The notes under the pieces were generated by a model. The model saw nothing but the letters and a program-made list of their open reading frames with translations, had not been told where the DNA came from and did no database searches. The position numbers and the translations under genes were made by a program. From Chloroflexota bacterium (GTDB taxonomy: Bacteria; Chloroflexota; Limnocylindria; Limnocylindrales; CSP1-4), in assembly GCA_034436555.1 (NCBI GenBank), contig DAOTUU010000035.1, positions 36,655-100,654 of the forward strand: a DNA stretch of 64,000 nt. Reading direction: 5' to 3'. Below are positions 9,242 through 18,207 of this stretch, piece by piece. The first letter of the stretch is position 1. The number at the start of each line of letters is the position of its first letter.

Positions 9242-10074
9242 CCCTGCGTGCGTGCGGCGTCGTGGTGCGGGCGGGCGGCGCGACCCTGCTCGAGGGCGTG
9301 GACATCACGGTCGAGGCGGGCGAGGTCGTCGCGATCGTGGGCCCCAACGGCGCGGGCAAGTCGACGCTTCTCCGAGCGCTCGCCGGCGACCGGCCGGTCG
9401 ACGCGGGATCGGTCGAGATGGACGGTCGTCCGCTGCGGTCCTGGTCACTCGCGGAACGGGCGCTCCGCCGCGCGGTCGTGGGCGCCGACGACGAGCCGGT
9501 GTTCTCGTGGCGGGTCGCGGAGCTCGTGACGCTCGGCCGGATCCCGCAGCACGGCGGGAACCCGGGTCCGCGGGACCACGCCATCGTGGCCCGGCTCCTC
9601 GCGGACGTTGACGCGCGGCACCTGGCGGACCGGGTCCACGCCACGCTGTCGAGCGGCGAGCGGCAGCGGGTCGCGCTCGCGCGGGCCCTCGCCCAGGTCT
9701 GGCCAGCCGCCCTCGCGCCCGAAGTCCCGTGGCCGGGGCCCGGATCGCGCACGGTGGACCCGGCCCCGGCCTGGCTGCTGCTGGACGAGCCGACTTCGAA
9801 CCTGGACCTGCGCCACCAGGCGATGACGCTCCGACTGCTGCGCGCCCGGGCGGCACAGGGCGCGGGCGTGCTCATCGTGCTCCATGACCTCAACCTTGCC
9901 GCCGCCCATGCGGACCGCATCGTGGTCCTCGCCGCGGGTCGGGTCGCCGCGGTCGGCGCTCCGGACGAGATCCTCCGGCCGGAGCTGCTGGATCGCGTGT
10001 TCGAGGTGCCGATGCTCCTCCTCCGCCATCCTGACCTGCCCCATCCGCTGGCCGTCCCGGCGCCCGAGGGTTGA
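9238..10074 (+). CDS. ABC transporter ATP-binding protein (HmuV/FecE-like)
   Basis: Internal ATG of ORF 8860..10074 overlaps the permease stop (ATGA). Walker A GPNGAGKST, signature LSSGERQR, Walker B LLLLDEPTSNLD. Confidence 0.9.
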   Translation: MTLRACGVVVRAGGATLLEGVDITVEAGEVVAIVGPNGAGKSTLLRALAGDRPVDAGSVEMDGRPLRSWSLAERALRRAVVGADDEPVFSWRVAELVTLGRIPQHGGNPGPRDHAIVARLLADVDARHLADRVHATLSSGERQRVALARALAQVWPAALAPEVPWPGPGSRTVDPAPAWLLLDEPTSNLDLRHQAMTLRLLRARAAQGAGVLIVLHDLNLAAAHADRIVVLAAGRVAAVGAPDEILRPELLDRVFEVPMLLLRHPDLPHPLAVPAPEG

Positions 10075-10128
10075 CGCCCTCGCGGCTGGGTGGGTCGACC
10101 GTCGGGGTGATGGGTCGGTCCGACCGCC

Positions 10129-10175
10129 GGGGCTCCGGGGGCGGGCGGGGCTCCGGGGGCGGGCGGGGCGCCGGG
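10129..10175. repeat. 18-bp GC-rich tandem repeat GGGGCTCCGGGGGCGGGC x2 plus a degenerate third copy, between the ABC ATPase and the PhzF gene.
   Basis: Direct reading of the sequence. Confidence 0.7.
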
Positions 10176-10217
10176 TGGTCCCCCGCCGGCCCGCCCGCGC
10201 CCTACCATGGACGTGAC

Positions 10218-11210
10218 ATGACCCGACGATTTCGATTCCGCCAGGTGGACGTGTTCACCGACCGACCGCTCGCGGGCAACCCGCTGGCCGTGTTCCCGGA
10301 GGCCGACGACCTGTCCGACGACGAGATGCAGGCGCTCGCGCGCGAGATGAACGTCAGCGAGACGGTGTTCGTCCTCTCGCCCACGCCGCAGGGCGCGGCC
10401 GAGGGGGCCGCGTACCGCCTGCGCATCTTCACGCCGGGCATGGAACTGCCGTTCGCGGGCCATCCGTCGGTGGGCACCGCGTGGCTGCTCGCGACGGAGG
10501 GGCGCTTCCCGGTCCAGGCGCCCGTGACCACGGTGCACCAGGAGCTGCCCATCGGCGTGCTGCCGCTCTCGATCGCCGTCGGCGCGGGTGACCCGCCGGT
10601 CATCGGCGACGTGACCATGACCCACGACGTCCCGGAGCGCTACCACGACCTCGATGACGACGAGACCGAGGAGCTCGCCGAGGCGCTGGAGGTCGCCGCC
10701 TCCGAGATCGGCTGGCCGGCGATCGCGCGGACGCGGGGACGCGGACGCGGTCTGCCGGCGACGCCCGCGGTCATCTCCACGGGCCTGCCGCACCTCATCA
10801 TCCCGTTCCGCGACCGTGCGGTGATGATGGACGTGGACCACGAGCGCAGGGCATACGTCGCCGAGCTGACCGACGCCTACGACTGCGACAGCGCGGCGCT
10901 CGTCGCGCCCGGGTCGTCCGGTGCCATCGCGGGTGCGGAGGTGAGCGTCCGGCTGTTCGACTCCGCCTCCATGCGCATCGAGGCGGATCCGGCGACCGGT
11001 GCCGCGGCCGGCCCCATCGCGGTCTACCTGGGCCAGGTGGCCGGCTGTCGGGACATGACGTTCCGGGTGGTGGTCGAGCAGGGGGCGGAGCTGGGGCGGC
11101 CCAGCCGCCTCGTGGCCGAGGCCGACTTCGACGACCACGGACGCGCCGTCGCCGCCCGGGTCGCCGGGTCCACGGTCCCGGTCATCGAGGGCTGGGTGAC
11201 GCTCCCGTGA
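10218..11210 (+). CDS. PhzF-family phenazine-biosynthesis-like isomerase
   Basis: Internal ATG of ORF 10071..11210 (MTRRFRFRQVDVFTDRPLAGNPLAVF). Canonical PhzF/DAP-epimerase-like fold sequence. Confidence 0.85.
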   Translation: MTRRFRFRQVDVFTDRPLAGNPLAVFPEADDLSDDEMQALAREMNVSETVFVLSPTPQGAAEGAAYRLRIFTPGMELPFAGHPSVGTAWLLATEGRFPVQAPVTTVHQELPIGVLPLSIAVGAGDPPVIGDVTMTHDVPERYHDLDDDETEELAEALEVAASEIGWPAIARTRGRGRGLPATPAVISTGLPHLIIPFRDRAVMMDVDHERRAYVAELTDAYDCDSAALVAPGSSGAIAGAEVSVRLFDSASMRIEADPATGAAAGPIAVYLGQVAGCRDMTFRVVVEQGAELGRPSRLVAEADFDDHGRAVAARVAGSTVPVIEGWVTLP

Positions 11211-11476
11211 CCCGTCCGCGCCCGGAGGAGGCGCAGCCGCCCGGGCCATCGACCCCCCAGGCGGAGGAGCGGACGCCAGGTGCGCTGCGCCCCGTGCAGG
11301 GCGAGTCGGTCGCGGCCGCGGTCGGGTCGTTCATGGCGGGCATCGAGCAGCAGGTGTTCCAGCGTCGACCGCCCGCCATCGAGCTCGTGCGCGAGACGCA
11401 GCCCGTGCGCGGCACCAGCGGCGAGGGCCTGGAGATCACGATCAGCCTGCCCGGACCGACGCGCCCGGATCCGTGA
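11207..11476 (+). CDS. Hypothetical small protein (89 aa); weak call
   Basis: ORF begins with GTG overlapping the PhzF stop (GTGA). No recognisable domain. Confidence 0.25.
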   Translation: MTRPRPEEAQPPGPSTPQAEERTPGALRPVQGESVAAAVGSFMAGIEQQVFQRRPPAIELVRETQPVRGTSGEGLEITISLPGPTRPDP

Positions 11477-11547
11477 GCGCGGCCGATCGGGTACCCTGAG
11501 GCCTCCCGGCCCGCGGTCCGCGGCGCCGGCACGCGAAGGAGAGCCCG

Positions 11548-12054
11548 TTGCCCAAGCAGTACGACCGCCCGTTCGCCCAGACCGTCGACGCGTCGAAGAC
11601 GTACACCGCCACCATCGCCACGACCGCCGGCTCGATGACCGTCCAGCTGTTCCCCAAGGACGCGCCGCGCACCGTCAACAACTTCGTGAACCTGGCGCGC
11701 GAGGGCTTCTACGACGGCGTCATCTTCCACCGCGTCATCAGCGGCTTCATGATCCAGGGCGGCGATCCCACGGGCACCGGGCGCGGCGGACCGGGCTACC
11801 GCTTCGATGACGAGCCGGTCAAGCGACGCTACCTGCGCGGCACGCTGGCGATGGCGAACGCCGGACCGAACACGAACGGGTCGCAGTTCTTCGTCATGCA
11901 CGCCGATTACTCGCTGCCCCCGAACTACACCATCTTCGGCAAGCTCAGCGAGGGCGAGGAGATCGTGGACGCGATCGCCACCGCGGCGACCGGCGCCCAG
12001 GACCGGCCGGTGGATCCGGTGAGCATCACCGGCATCACCATCACGGAGGCCTGA
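11548..12054 (+). CDS. Peptidyl-prolyl cis-trans isomerase, cyclophilin type
   Basis: ORF 11548..12054. TTG start preceded by GAAGGAGAG. Cyclophilin motifs FHRVISGFMIQGGD and NTNGSQFFV. Confidence 0.9.
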   Translation: MPKQYDRPFAQTVDASKTYTATIATTAGSMTVQLFPKDAPRTVNNFVNLAREGFYDGVIFHRVISGFMIQGGDPTGTGRGGPGYRFDDEPVKRRYLRGTLAMANAGPNTNGSQFFVMHADYSLPPNYTIFGKLSEGEEIVDAIATAATGAQDRPVDPVSITGITITEA

Positions 12055-12082
12055 GCGTCGTCCCGGAGTCGAGGAAGGGCGC

Positions 12083-12116
12083 CCGGCCATGTCGCCGGAC
12101 GCCCTTCGGTGCGGCC
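12083..12116. terminator. Long GC-rich hairpin (GAAGGGCG...CGCCCTTC with an inner CCGGC/GCCGG stem) between convergent genes; no U-tract.
   Basis: Inverted repeat read from the sequence. Placement between the convergent cyclophilin and amidohydrolase genes. Confidence 0.35.
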
Positions 12117-12206
12117 GAGGTGATCGGGACCTGGCCGGTGGGAGCGAGCGATCGTCGCTCCGGAGCGTGCCGGAGGCTCATGAGAGGGGCCTGAGAGCAG
12201 GCACCG

Positions 12207-13574
12207 TCATGGCCCGCGCGGCAGCCACGCGCCGCGCGGCTCGCCGTGCAGCTCCCCCTCGCGCATCACGACGCGGCCGCGCAGCACGGTGAGCACCGGA
12301 CCGCCGCGCGTGGCCATGCCCTGGAACGGGGTCACCGACGCGCGCCCGTGGAGCGCGTCCTCTTCGATGCGCCCCTCGCGGTCCGGGTCCACCAGGACCA
12401 CGTCCGCATCCGCGCCCACCCCCAGGTGGCCCTTGCGCGGCCACAGTCCCCAGGCACGCGCGGGTCCCTCCGACGTGGCCCCCACGAGCCGCTCCAGCGT
12501 GATCCGCCCAGCGTGGACTCCGTGCGTCAGGAACACCGCGAGGGATGTCTCCACCCCCGCGTATCCCGACACCGACCGCCAGATGTCGTCGTGGAGCTTC
12601 TCCTCGCGGGTGTGCGGCGAATGGTCCGTGGCGATGCTCGTGACGGCGCCGCGCGCGAGTCCGTCCAGCAGCGCGTCCGCGTGCCCCTCCGCGCGCGCCC
12701 GGATGGGCGGGTTGATGCGCATCCGGGCGCCCAGGCGGGGCATCTCCTCCGCGCCCAGGAAGCAGTGCTGCGGTCCCACCTCGCAGGTGATGTCGGCACC
12801 CCGCGCCCGCCACGCCTCCACGGTCGCAAGCCCCTCCGCGGAACTGAGGTGGAAGATGTGGATGGGACACCGCGTGCGCAGCGCGAACAGCGCCATCCGG
12901 CCCACCGACTCCTCCTCGGCGAGGGCGGGCCGGGCGTCCAGGTGGGCGAGCGGGTCGGTGCGACCGGCTGCCCGCACACGCGCCGTGTGGTGCGCCACGA
13001 TCGCGCCGTTCTCCGCGTGGAACCCGAGCCGCATGCCGAGGTCGCGGACCGTCGCCAGCGCGTCCAGGATCGCGCCGTCGGAGGGCGCGTCGATGCCGCC
13101 CGTGGTGGGTCCCAGGAACGCCTTGAAGCCCACCACCAGGCCCGCCCGTGCCATCGGCGCAAGGGCATCCCGGTTCGCCTCGGTGACCACGCCGATGAGC
13201 CCCACGTCGCACCAGCTCGCACCCAGGGCACGCGAGCGCTTCAGCCGCGCGTGGCCCACGGAGTCGGTCGGCGGGTCGGTGTTGGGCATGTCCAGGACCG
13301 TGGTCACGCCCCCCATCACCGCCGCATGGCTCCCGGACCCGAAGTCCTCCTTCCAGGTGAAGCCCGGGTCGCGGAAGTGGACGTGCCCGTCCACGATGCC
13401 CGGCATCACCAACAGGCCGCCGGCGTCCACGGTCTCGCGCGCCGCGACGCCGACGGACCCGGGTGCCAGCTGGGCCACGATCCGGCCATCGCGGACCGCG
13501 AGGTCCATGCGCCTCCGGCCGATGGACGACACCACGGTTCCGCCGCGGATGAGCAGGTCGGCGGCGAGTGGCAT
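12207..13574 (-). CDS. Cyclic amidohydrolase (dihydroorotase/allantoinase/hydantoinase family)
   Basis: ORF 12207..13574 (-). Metal-binding DGHVHFRDPG and carboxylated-lysine region. Typical DHOase-like sequence. Confidence 0.85.
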   Translation of the reverse strand: MPLAADLLIRGGTVVSSIGRRRMDLAVRDGRIVAQLAPGSVGVAARETVDAGGLLVMPGIVDGHVHFRDPGFTWKEDFGSGSHAAVMGGVTTVLDMPNTDPPTDSVGHARLKRSRALGASWCDVGLIGVVTEANRDALAPMARAGLVVGFKAFLGPTTGGIDAPSDGAILDALATVRDLGMRLGFHAENGAIVAHHTARVRAAGRTDPLAHLDARPALAEEESVGRMALFALRTRCPIHIFHLSSAEGLATVEAWRARGADITCEVGPQHCFLGAEEMPRLGARMRINPPIRARAEGHADALLDGLARGAVTSIATDHSPHTREEKLHDDIWRSVSGYAGVETSLAVFLTHGVHAGRITLERLVGATSEGPARAWGLWPRKGHLGVGADADVVLVDPDREGRIEEDALHGRASVTPFQGMATRGGPVLTVLRGRVVMREGELHGEPRGAWLPRGP

Positions 13575-13650
13575 GGTCGGTCCTCCAGGCGCGCGAGGGG
13601 CGGGCGCTCATCGTATGCCGCCAGGCGCGCCGAGGGACGGGCTAGACTCG

Positions 13651-13674
13651 CCCCACCGCCCCACCGCCCCACCG
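13651..13674. repeat. CCCCACCG x3 perfect tandem octamer, directly upstream of the secreted-protein gene.
   Basis: Direct reading of the sequence. Confidence 0.8.
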
Positions 13675-13687
13675 CACGGAGTTCCCG

Positions 13688-14590
13688 ATGATGCCCTCCC
13701 CCCGACGCGGTCTCCCGACGCTCGTCGCCGCATCGGTCGCGGCCGCGCTTGCCCTCGCGGCTCCCGCCGTCGCCCAGAGCCCGACACCCGGCGAGGGTCC
13801 GTCCGCGCCTTCGGGCACCTGCTTCCTCGTGGAACCGGGCACGACTCCGCCGCCGCAGCCCAGTCCCGGACCCAGCGATCCGCCCCCGGCCGTGCGGGAG
13901 GGCACGATCCCGGCGGCCGGCGGACGGCTCACCCCCGGCGAGACCTATCAGGACTGGTCCCTGGGACCCACCCTCACGTTCACGGCGGGTGGCTGCTGGG
14001 CGGCCACACCGGTCGATGCGGGGTTCGGGCTGGCGCTCGTGTGGGGCGGCGAGCCGTCCCCCTCGGTCCTGTCGCTCACCGACTTCCAGGGACTGGTGTT
14101 CCAGGACCCCTGTCTCGCGGCGTCCGAGGAGACCCTCGCCATCGACGCCACGCCCGAGGGGATCATCGCGGACATCAGCCAGAACCCATCGCTCATCGTG
14201 TCCGCGCCGGTCGTGGCGGATCTGGGCGGCCTGCCGGCCCTGCGCGTCGAGGTGGCCACCCAGTCGCCCATGGCCTGCGAACTGCCCCGGACCTGGATCT
14301 GGGCGTCACCGGGTGGGGGCGGGTTCGTCCTGGAGGACGGCGAGGAGGCCACGCTCCTGTTCGCCGAGCTGAACGGGAGGACGCTCGTCGCATCCTGGGA
14401 GACCTATCTGGGCGGGGACTTCGAGACGTTCTCCGCGGAGGCGGAGGCGCTCCTCGACACGCTGACGGTCGATGCCTCCACCGACGACTTCGACCCCACC
14501 GCCACCTTCCCGCCGCGGCCCAGCCCGCGACCGGTCCCCTCCGACGCGTCGGAGACCCCCGACACCTCACCCGCCGGACGGGTCATCTGA
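13688..14590 (+). CDS. Secreted hypothetical protein (signal peptide, Pro-rich N- and C-terminal tails)
   Basis: ORF 13688..14590. Signal peptide MMPSPRRGLPTLVAASVAAALALAAPAVAQS. GGAG lies upstream. Confidence 0.7.
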   Translation: MMPSPRRGLPTLVAASVAAALALAAPAVAQSPTPGEGPSAPSGTCFLVEPGTTPPPQPSPGPSDPPPAVREGTIPAAGGRLTPGETYQDWSLGPTLTFTAGGCWAATPVDAGFGLALVWGGEPSPSVLSLTDFQGLVFQDPCLAASEETLAIDATPEGIIADISQNPSLIVSAPVVADLGGLPALRVEVATQSPMACELPRTWIWASPGGGGFVLEDGEEATLLFAELNGRTLVASWETYLGGDFETFSAEAEALLDTLTVDASTDDFDPTATFPPRPSPRPVPSDASETPDTSPAGRVI

Positions 14591-14642
14591 GCGAGTCTCC
14601 GCGGACCCTTCCCGCGGACTGACGCCGGGAGGCGGACGGACG

Positions 14643-14665
14643 AGACAGGATGGGCCATCCTGTCT
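14643..14665. promoter_or_regulatory. Perfect 11-1-11 palindrome AGACAGGATGGgCCATCCTGTCT, 40 nt upstream of the acetaldehyde dehydrogenase start. Candidate operator. A separate 7-7-7 hairpin at 14598-14618 likely terminates the upstream gene.
   Basis: Direct reading of the sequence. Confidence 0.45.
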
Positions 14666-14704
14666 ACGATAGGCTGCGTTCTGTATCCATCAAGGGAGTC
14701 CTCC

Positions 14705-15613
14705 ATGCGCCGCCTCCCGGTCGCCGTCGTCGGCTCGGGGAACATCGGGACCGACCTGCTCAAGAAGCTGCTGCGCTCCCCGGTCCTCGAGCCCGCCGTC
14801 ATGGTCGGCATCGACCCCGCGTCTGACGGACTCGCACGGGCGCGCAGCGCCGGCGTCGAGACGACCGCGGAGGGGGTGGACTGGCTCCTGGCGCGGGCGG
14901 ACCGCTACGCCATCGTGTACGAGGCGACGTCCGCCGCGGTGCACGCGGAGAACGCCCCGCGCTACGACGCCGCGGGGCTGGTCGCGATCGATCTCACGCC
15001 AGCCGCCGTGGGGCCTGCGGTCGTGCCGCCGGTCAATCTGCGGGCGCATCTGGAGCTGCCCAACCTCAATCTCATCACGTGCGGTGGCCAGGCGACCATC
15101 CCCATGGTCGCCGCGGTGGCGCGCGTGACGCCCGTCCCCTACGCGGAGATCGTGTCCACGGTCGCGTCGCGCTCGGCGGGCCCGGGGACCCGCGCCAACA
15201 TCGACGAGTTCACCGAGACGACGGCACATGGCCTGGAGACGATCGGCGGTGCGGGCCGCGGCAAGGCGATCATCATCCTCAACCCCGCCGATCCGCCGAT
15301 CCTGATGCGCAACACCGTCTACTGCGCGCTGGGCGCGGATGCCGACCAGGCCGCGATCTCGGCGTCGGTGGCCACGATGGCCGCAGAGGTCTCCACCTAC
15401 GTGCCGGGCTACCGGGTGAAGGGAGTGACGTTCGATGACGGTCCGTTCCACACGCCGGCGGGCGAGGCGGCCGGTCGCGTGTCGGTGTTCCTCGAGGTGA
15501 CCGGCAACGGCGACTACCTGCCGCCGTTCGCGGGCAACCTGGACATCATGACGGCCTCCGCGGTCCGGGTCGGCGAGACGCTCGCCGCCGCGCGGTTCGG
15601 GGTGGCGGCATGA
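14705..15613 (+). CDS. mhpF: Acetaldehyde dehydrogenase (acetylating), MhpF/DmpF/HsaG family
   Basis: ORF 14705..15613. N-terminal Rossmann motif [13 protein letters not shown] and family-typical sequence. RBS AGGGAG. Confidence 0.9.
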   Translation: MRRLPVAVVGSGNIGTDLLKKLLRSPVLEPAVMVGIDPASDGLARARSAGVETTAEGVDWLLARADRYAIVYEATSAAVHAENAPRYDAAGLVAIDLTPAAVGPAVVPPVNLRAHLELPNLNLITCGGQATIPMVAAVARVTPVPYAEIVSTVASRSAGPGTRANIDEFTETTAHGLETIGGAGRGKAIIILNPADPPILMRNTVYCALGADADQAAISASVATMAAEVSTYVPGYRVKGVTFDDGPFHTPAGEAAGRVSVFLEVTGNGDYLPPFAGNLDIMTASAVRVGETLAAARFGVAA

Positions 15614-16662
15614 CCGGACCGTCGACGTCGCTGCCCGACGCGCCGCCGGCCTCGCCGCGCACCTTCCGCCTCACCGATTCCACGCTGCGCGACGGGTCGC
15701 ACGCGCTGCGACACCAGTTCACCCCGCAGCAGGCGGCCGCGATCGCGGGCGCCCTGGATGCTGCGGGCGTGCCCGTCATCGAGATCAGCCACGGCGATGG
15801 GCTGGGCGGCTCGTCGTTCAACTACGGGTTCTCCGGGACCGACGAGCGGGAGCTGCTGCGCGCGGCGGCGGCGGCGGTCAGCCGGGCTCGGCTGGCGGTC
15901 CTGCTCATCCCGGGCATCGGCGTCGCGCGGGACCTCCACGAGGTCGCGGAGATCGGGGTGGGCATCGCGCGCATCGCGACGCACTGCACGGAGGCGGACA
16001 TCAGCGTCCAGCACCTGCGCACCGCGAAGGACCTGGGCATGGAGACGGTGGGCTTCCTGATGATGTCCCACATGCTGGAGCCCGACGGACTGCTGGCCCA
16101 GGCGCGCATCATGGAGGACGCGGGCGCGGACACCATCTACGTGGTCGACTCCGCCGGCGCCATGACCACCCATGACGCACGCGCGCGGGTGGCCGCGCTG
16201 AAGGCCGGGCTGCGACCCACCACGCTGGTCGGCATCCACGCCCACAACAACCTGAGCCTCGCCGTGGCCAACACCATCGGCGCCCTCGAGGAGGGGGTCG
16301 ACCACGTGGACGGCTGCTCCCGCGGCCTGGGCGCGGGAGCCGGCAACTGCCCCACGGAGGTGCTCGTCGCGGTCGCGGACAAGCTGGGCTGGGCCACGGG
16401 CGTGGACCCGCTCCGGATCATGGACGTGGCGGAGGACGTGGTCCGGCCGGTGATGCCGCGCGAGCAGATCATCGACCGGCCGGCGTTGACGCTGGGCTAC
16501 GCGGGCGTGTACTCCTCGTTCCTGCTCCACACGGAGCGCGCTGCGGAGCGCTACGGCGTGGACCCGCGGGAGATCCTCCTGGAGCTCGGTCGCCGGAAGG
16601 TGGTGGGCGGCCAGGAGGACATGATCGTGGACGTCGCGATGGAGCTCGCGCGGCGCTCCTGA
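15610..16662 (+). CDS. mhpE: 4-hydroxy-2-oxovalerate aldolase, MhpE/DmpG/HsaF family
   Basis: ORF 15610..16662. ATGA overlap with the upstream dehydrogenase gene. DRE-TIM aldolase sequence (TLRDGSHA...). Confidence 0.9.
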   Translation: MTGPSTSLPDAPPASPRTFRLTDSTLRDGSHALRHQFTPQQAAAIAGALDAAGVPVIEISHGDGLGGSSFNYGFSGTDERELLRAAAAAVSRARLAVLLIPGIGVARDLHEVAEIGVGIARIATHCTEADISVQHLRTAKDLGMETVGFLMMSHMLEPDGLLAQARIMEDAGADTIYVVDSAGAMTTHDARARVAALKAGLRPTTLVGIHAHNNLSLAVANTIGALEEGVDHVDGCSRGLGAGAGNCPTEVLVAVADKLGWATGVDPLRIMDVAEDVVRPVMPREQIIDRPALTLGYAGVYSSFLLHTERAAERYGVDPREILLELGRRKVVGGQEDMIVDVAMELARRS

Positions 16663-16672
16663 CGCCCGACGC

Positions 16673-17254
16673 TCAGGAGGGCACGACGTCCGAGACGAAT
16701 CCGGCGCAGCGATTGGCCACGCCGCCGTCACGCTTGGCGTGGTAGTCCACGAGGATGGTGCGCGTCCCCTGCACCGATGCATCCGCGCGATACCAGATCA
16801 GCCTCAGGGCGAGCCGGAAGGGCCGCTTCGGCTGGTCCTTGGGGCCGAACGTGGTGAGACCGCCGGGCAGCGTCGCCGCATGGGCGGAGGTGGCGCCGCC
16901 GCTGATGAGGGCTCCCTTGCGGACGGTGACCCACGCATGACCGATCTTGTGCTGGATGATCGGCCGGTAGCCCACCGAGCGGACGGACGCGCTCGTCCCC
17001 TTGATCTTCACGGGGTTGCGCAGGCGGATCCCGGTGAGGTACGTGCCGCCGGCCGTGCCGCCCCCGTCATAGGAGCAGTCCGCCGCGGGGTTGGATGCGC
17101 TGTCCTTCAGGGTCCAGGTGCCCGGCGAGCCGGTGTGTGAGACCTGATGGTCGGCCAGGGCGGCGCCGCTGGGCAGGGCCAGGGCGGCGATCGCGAGCGT
17201 GGTGACCGCGAGGGGGCGGAGCGAGGGGCGCAGGGGGCGGAGCGAGGGGCGCAT
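16673..17254 (-). CDS. Secreted hypothetical protein (193 aa). N-terminal 7-aa tandem duplication RPSLRPL x2.
   Basis: ORF 16673..17254 (-). Strong RBS AGGAGGA 7 nt upstream. Signal peptide present. The 21-bp DNA tandem duplication at 17211-17252 abuts the ATG. Confidence 0.65.
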   Translation of the reverse strand: MRPSLRPLRPSLRPLAVTTLAIAALALPSGAALADHQVSHTGSPGTWTLKDSASNPAADCSYDGGGTAGGTYLTGIRLRNPVKIKGTSASVRSVGYRPIIQHKIGHAWVTVRKGALISGGATSAHAATLPGGLTTFGPKDQPKRPFRLALRLIWYRADASVQGTRTILVDYHAKRDGGVANRCAGFVSDVVPS

Positions 17255-17335
17255 GAGCGGTTCCTCCTGTGGATGACCCGGCCGGGGGACCGGGGTCTCG
17301 ATCCTACTCCCATTCCGGCGACGGGTGCGTCGGCG

Positions 17336-18199
17336 TCAGGCCTGGAACGGCTCCGCGGCGCGCGGGTAGCAACCCATGACGCGCACGTCCACGGCGGCCG
17401 CGCGCAGGGCCTCCAGCGCAGGCGCCGCTGCGGGCGCTGCGAGGTCCGCATCGAGATCCATCCAGAACACGTACTCCCAGGCGTGGGAGCGGCTCGGCCG
17501 CGACTCCAGCTTGGACATGTTCAGGCCATGGTCCGCGAGGACCCCCAGCACGCGATGGAGCGTGCCCGGCTCGTTGCGCACCGACACGAGCAGCGTGGAG
17601 CCGGGCGTGCCGCTGGCCCGATGGACGCGCGGCGGCGCCTCGCGGTCCGGCCGGGTGAGGATGAGGAAGCGCGTGCGATTGCGCGCCTCGGACTGGATGT
17701 CCTCTGCGAGCACCTCCAGACCGAACAGCGCGGCGGCGCGTGGCGAGAGCACCGCCGCCGACCCGCGCTCGTCGCGCTCGCGGATCATCTTCCCCGCTCC
17801 GGCGGTGTTCGTGGACGCGAGCAGGCTCCACGGGCGCGTGCGCAGGAACGCCTCCGCCTGTCCCAGCGCCTGGATGTGCGAGTAGACCCGCTCGATCCCC
17901 TCGATGCGCTCGCCCGGCAGCGCCGCGAGGCACAGCCGGACCGGCACGATCACCTCGCCCACGATCCGCAGCCGGGACTCGGCGAGCAGGTCGTAGTTCT
18001 CGCGGACCGTGCCGAACAGGACGTTCTCGATGGGCAGCACGCCCGCGGGCGCCCCATCCGCGTCCAGCGTCACCGCGACGTCCCGGAACGTGGGCACGGG
18101 CGCCGCCACGACCGAATCGCCGAACGCGGCGAGGACCGCGTCCTCCGCGAACGACCCGGGCTCGCCCGGGAAGATGACCACCGGGCGGTCGTGGGACAT
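17336..18199 (-). CDS. pheA: Prephenate dehydratase
   Basis: C-terminal 287 aa of ORF 17336..20011. PDT domain plus C-terminal ACT domain (ESRPSRSHAWEYVFWMD). Confidence 0.85.
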   Translation of the reverse strand: MSHDRPVVIFPGEPGSFAEDAVLAAFGDSVVAAPVPTFRDVAVTLDADGAPAGVLPIENVLFGTVRENYDLLAESRLRIVGEVIVPVRLCLAALPGERIEGIERVYSHIQALGQAEAFLRTRPWSLLASTNTAGAGKMIRERDERGSAAVLSPRAAALFGLEVLAEDIQSEARNRTRFLILTRPDREAPPRVHRASGTPGSTLLVSVRNEPGTLHRVLGVLADHGLNMSKLESRPSRSHAWEYVFWMDLDADLAAPAAAPALEALRAAAVDVRVMGCYPRAAEPFQA

Positions 18200-18207
18200 C
18201 GTGGGCC

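Noticed and set aside
11182-12090. 302-aa minus-strand ORF
   Set aside because: It overlaps the clearly real cyclophilin gene on the opposite strand. Its composition is typical of an antisense artefact.
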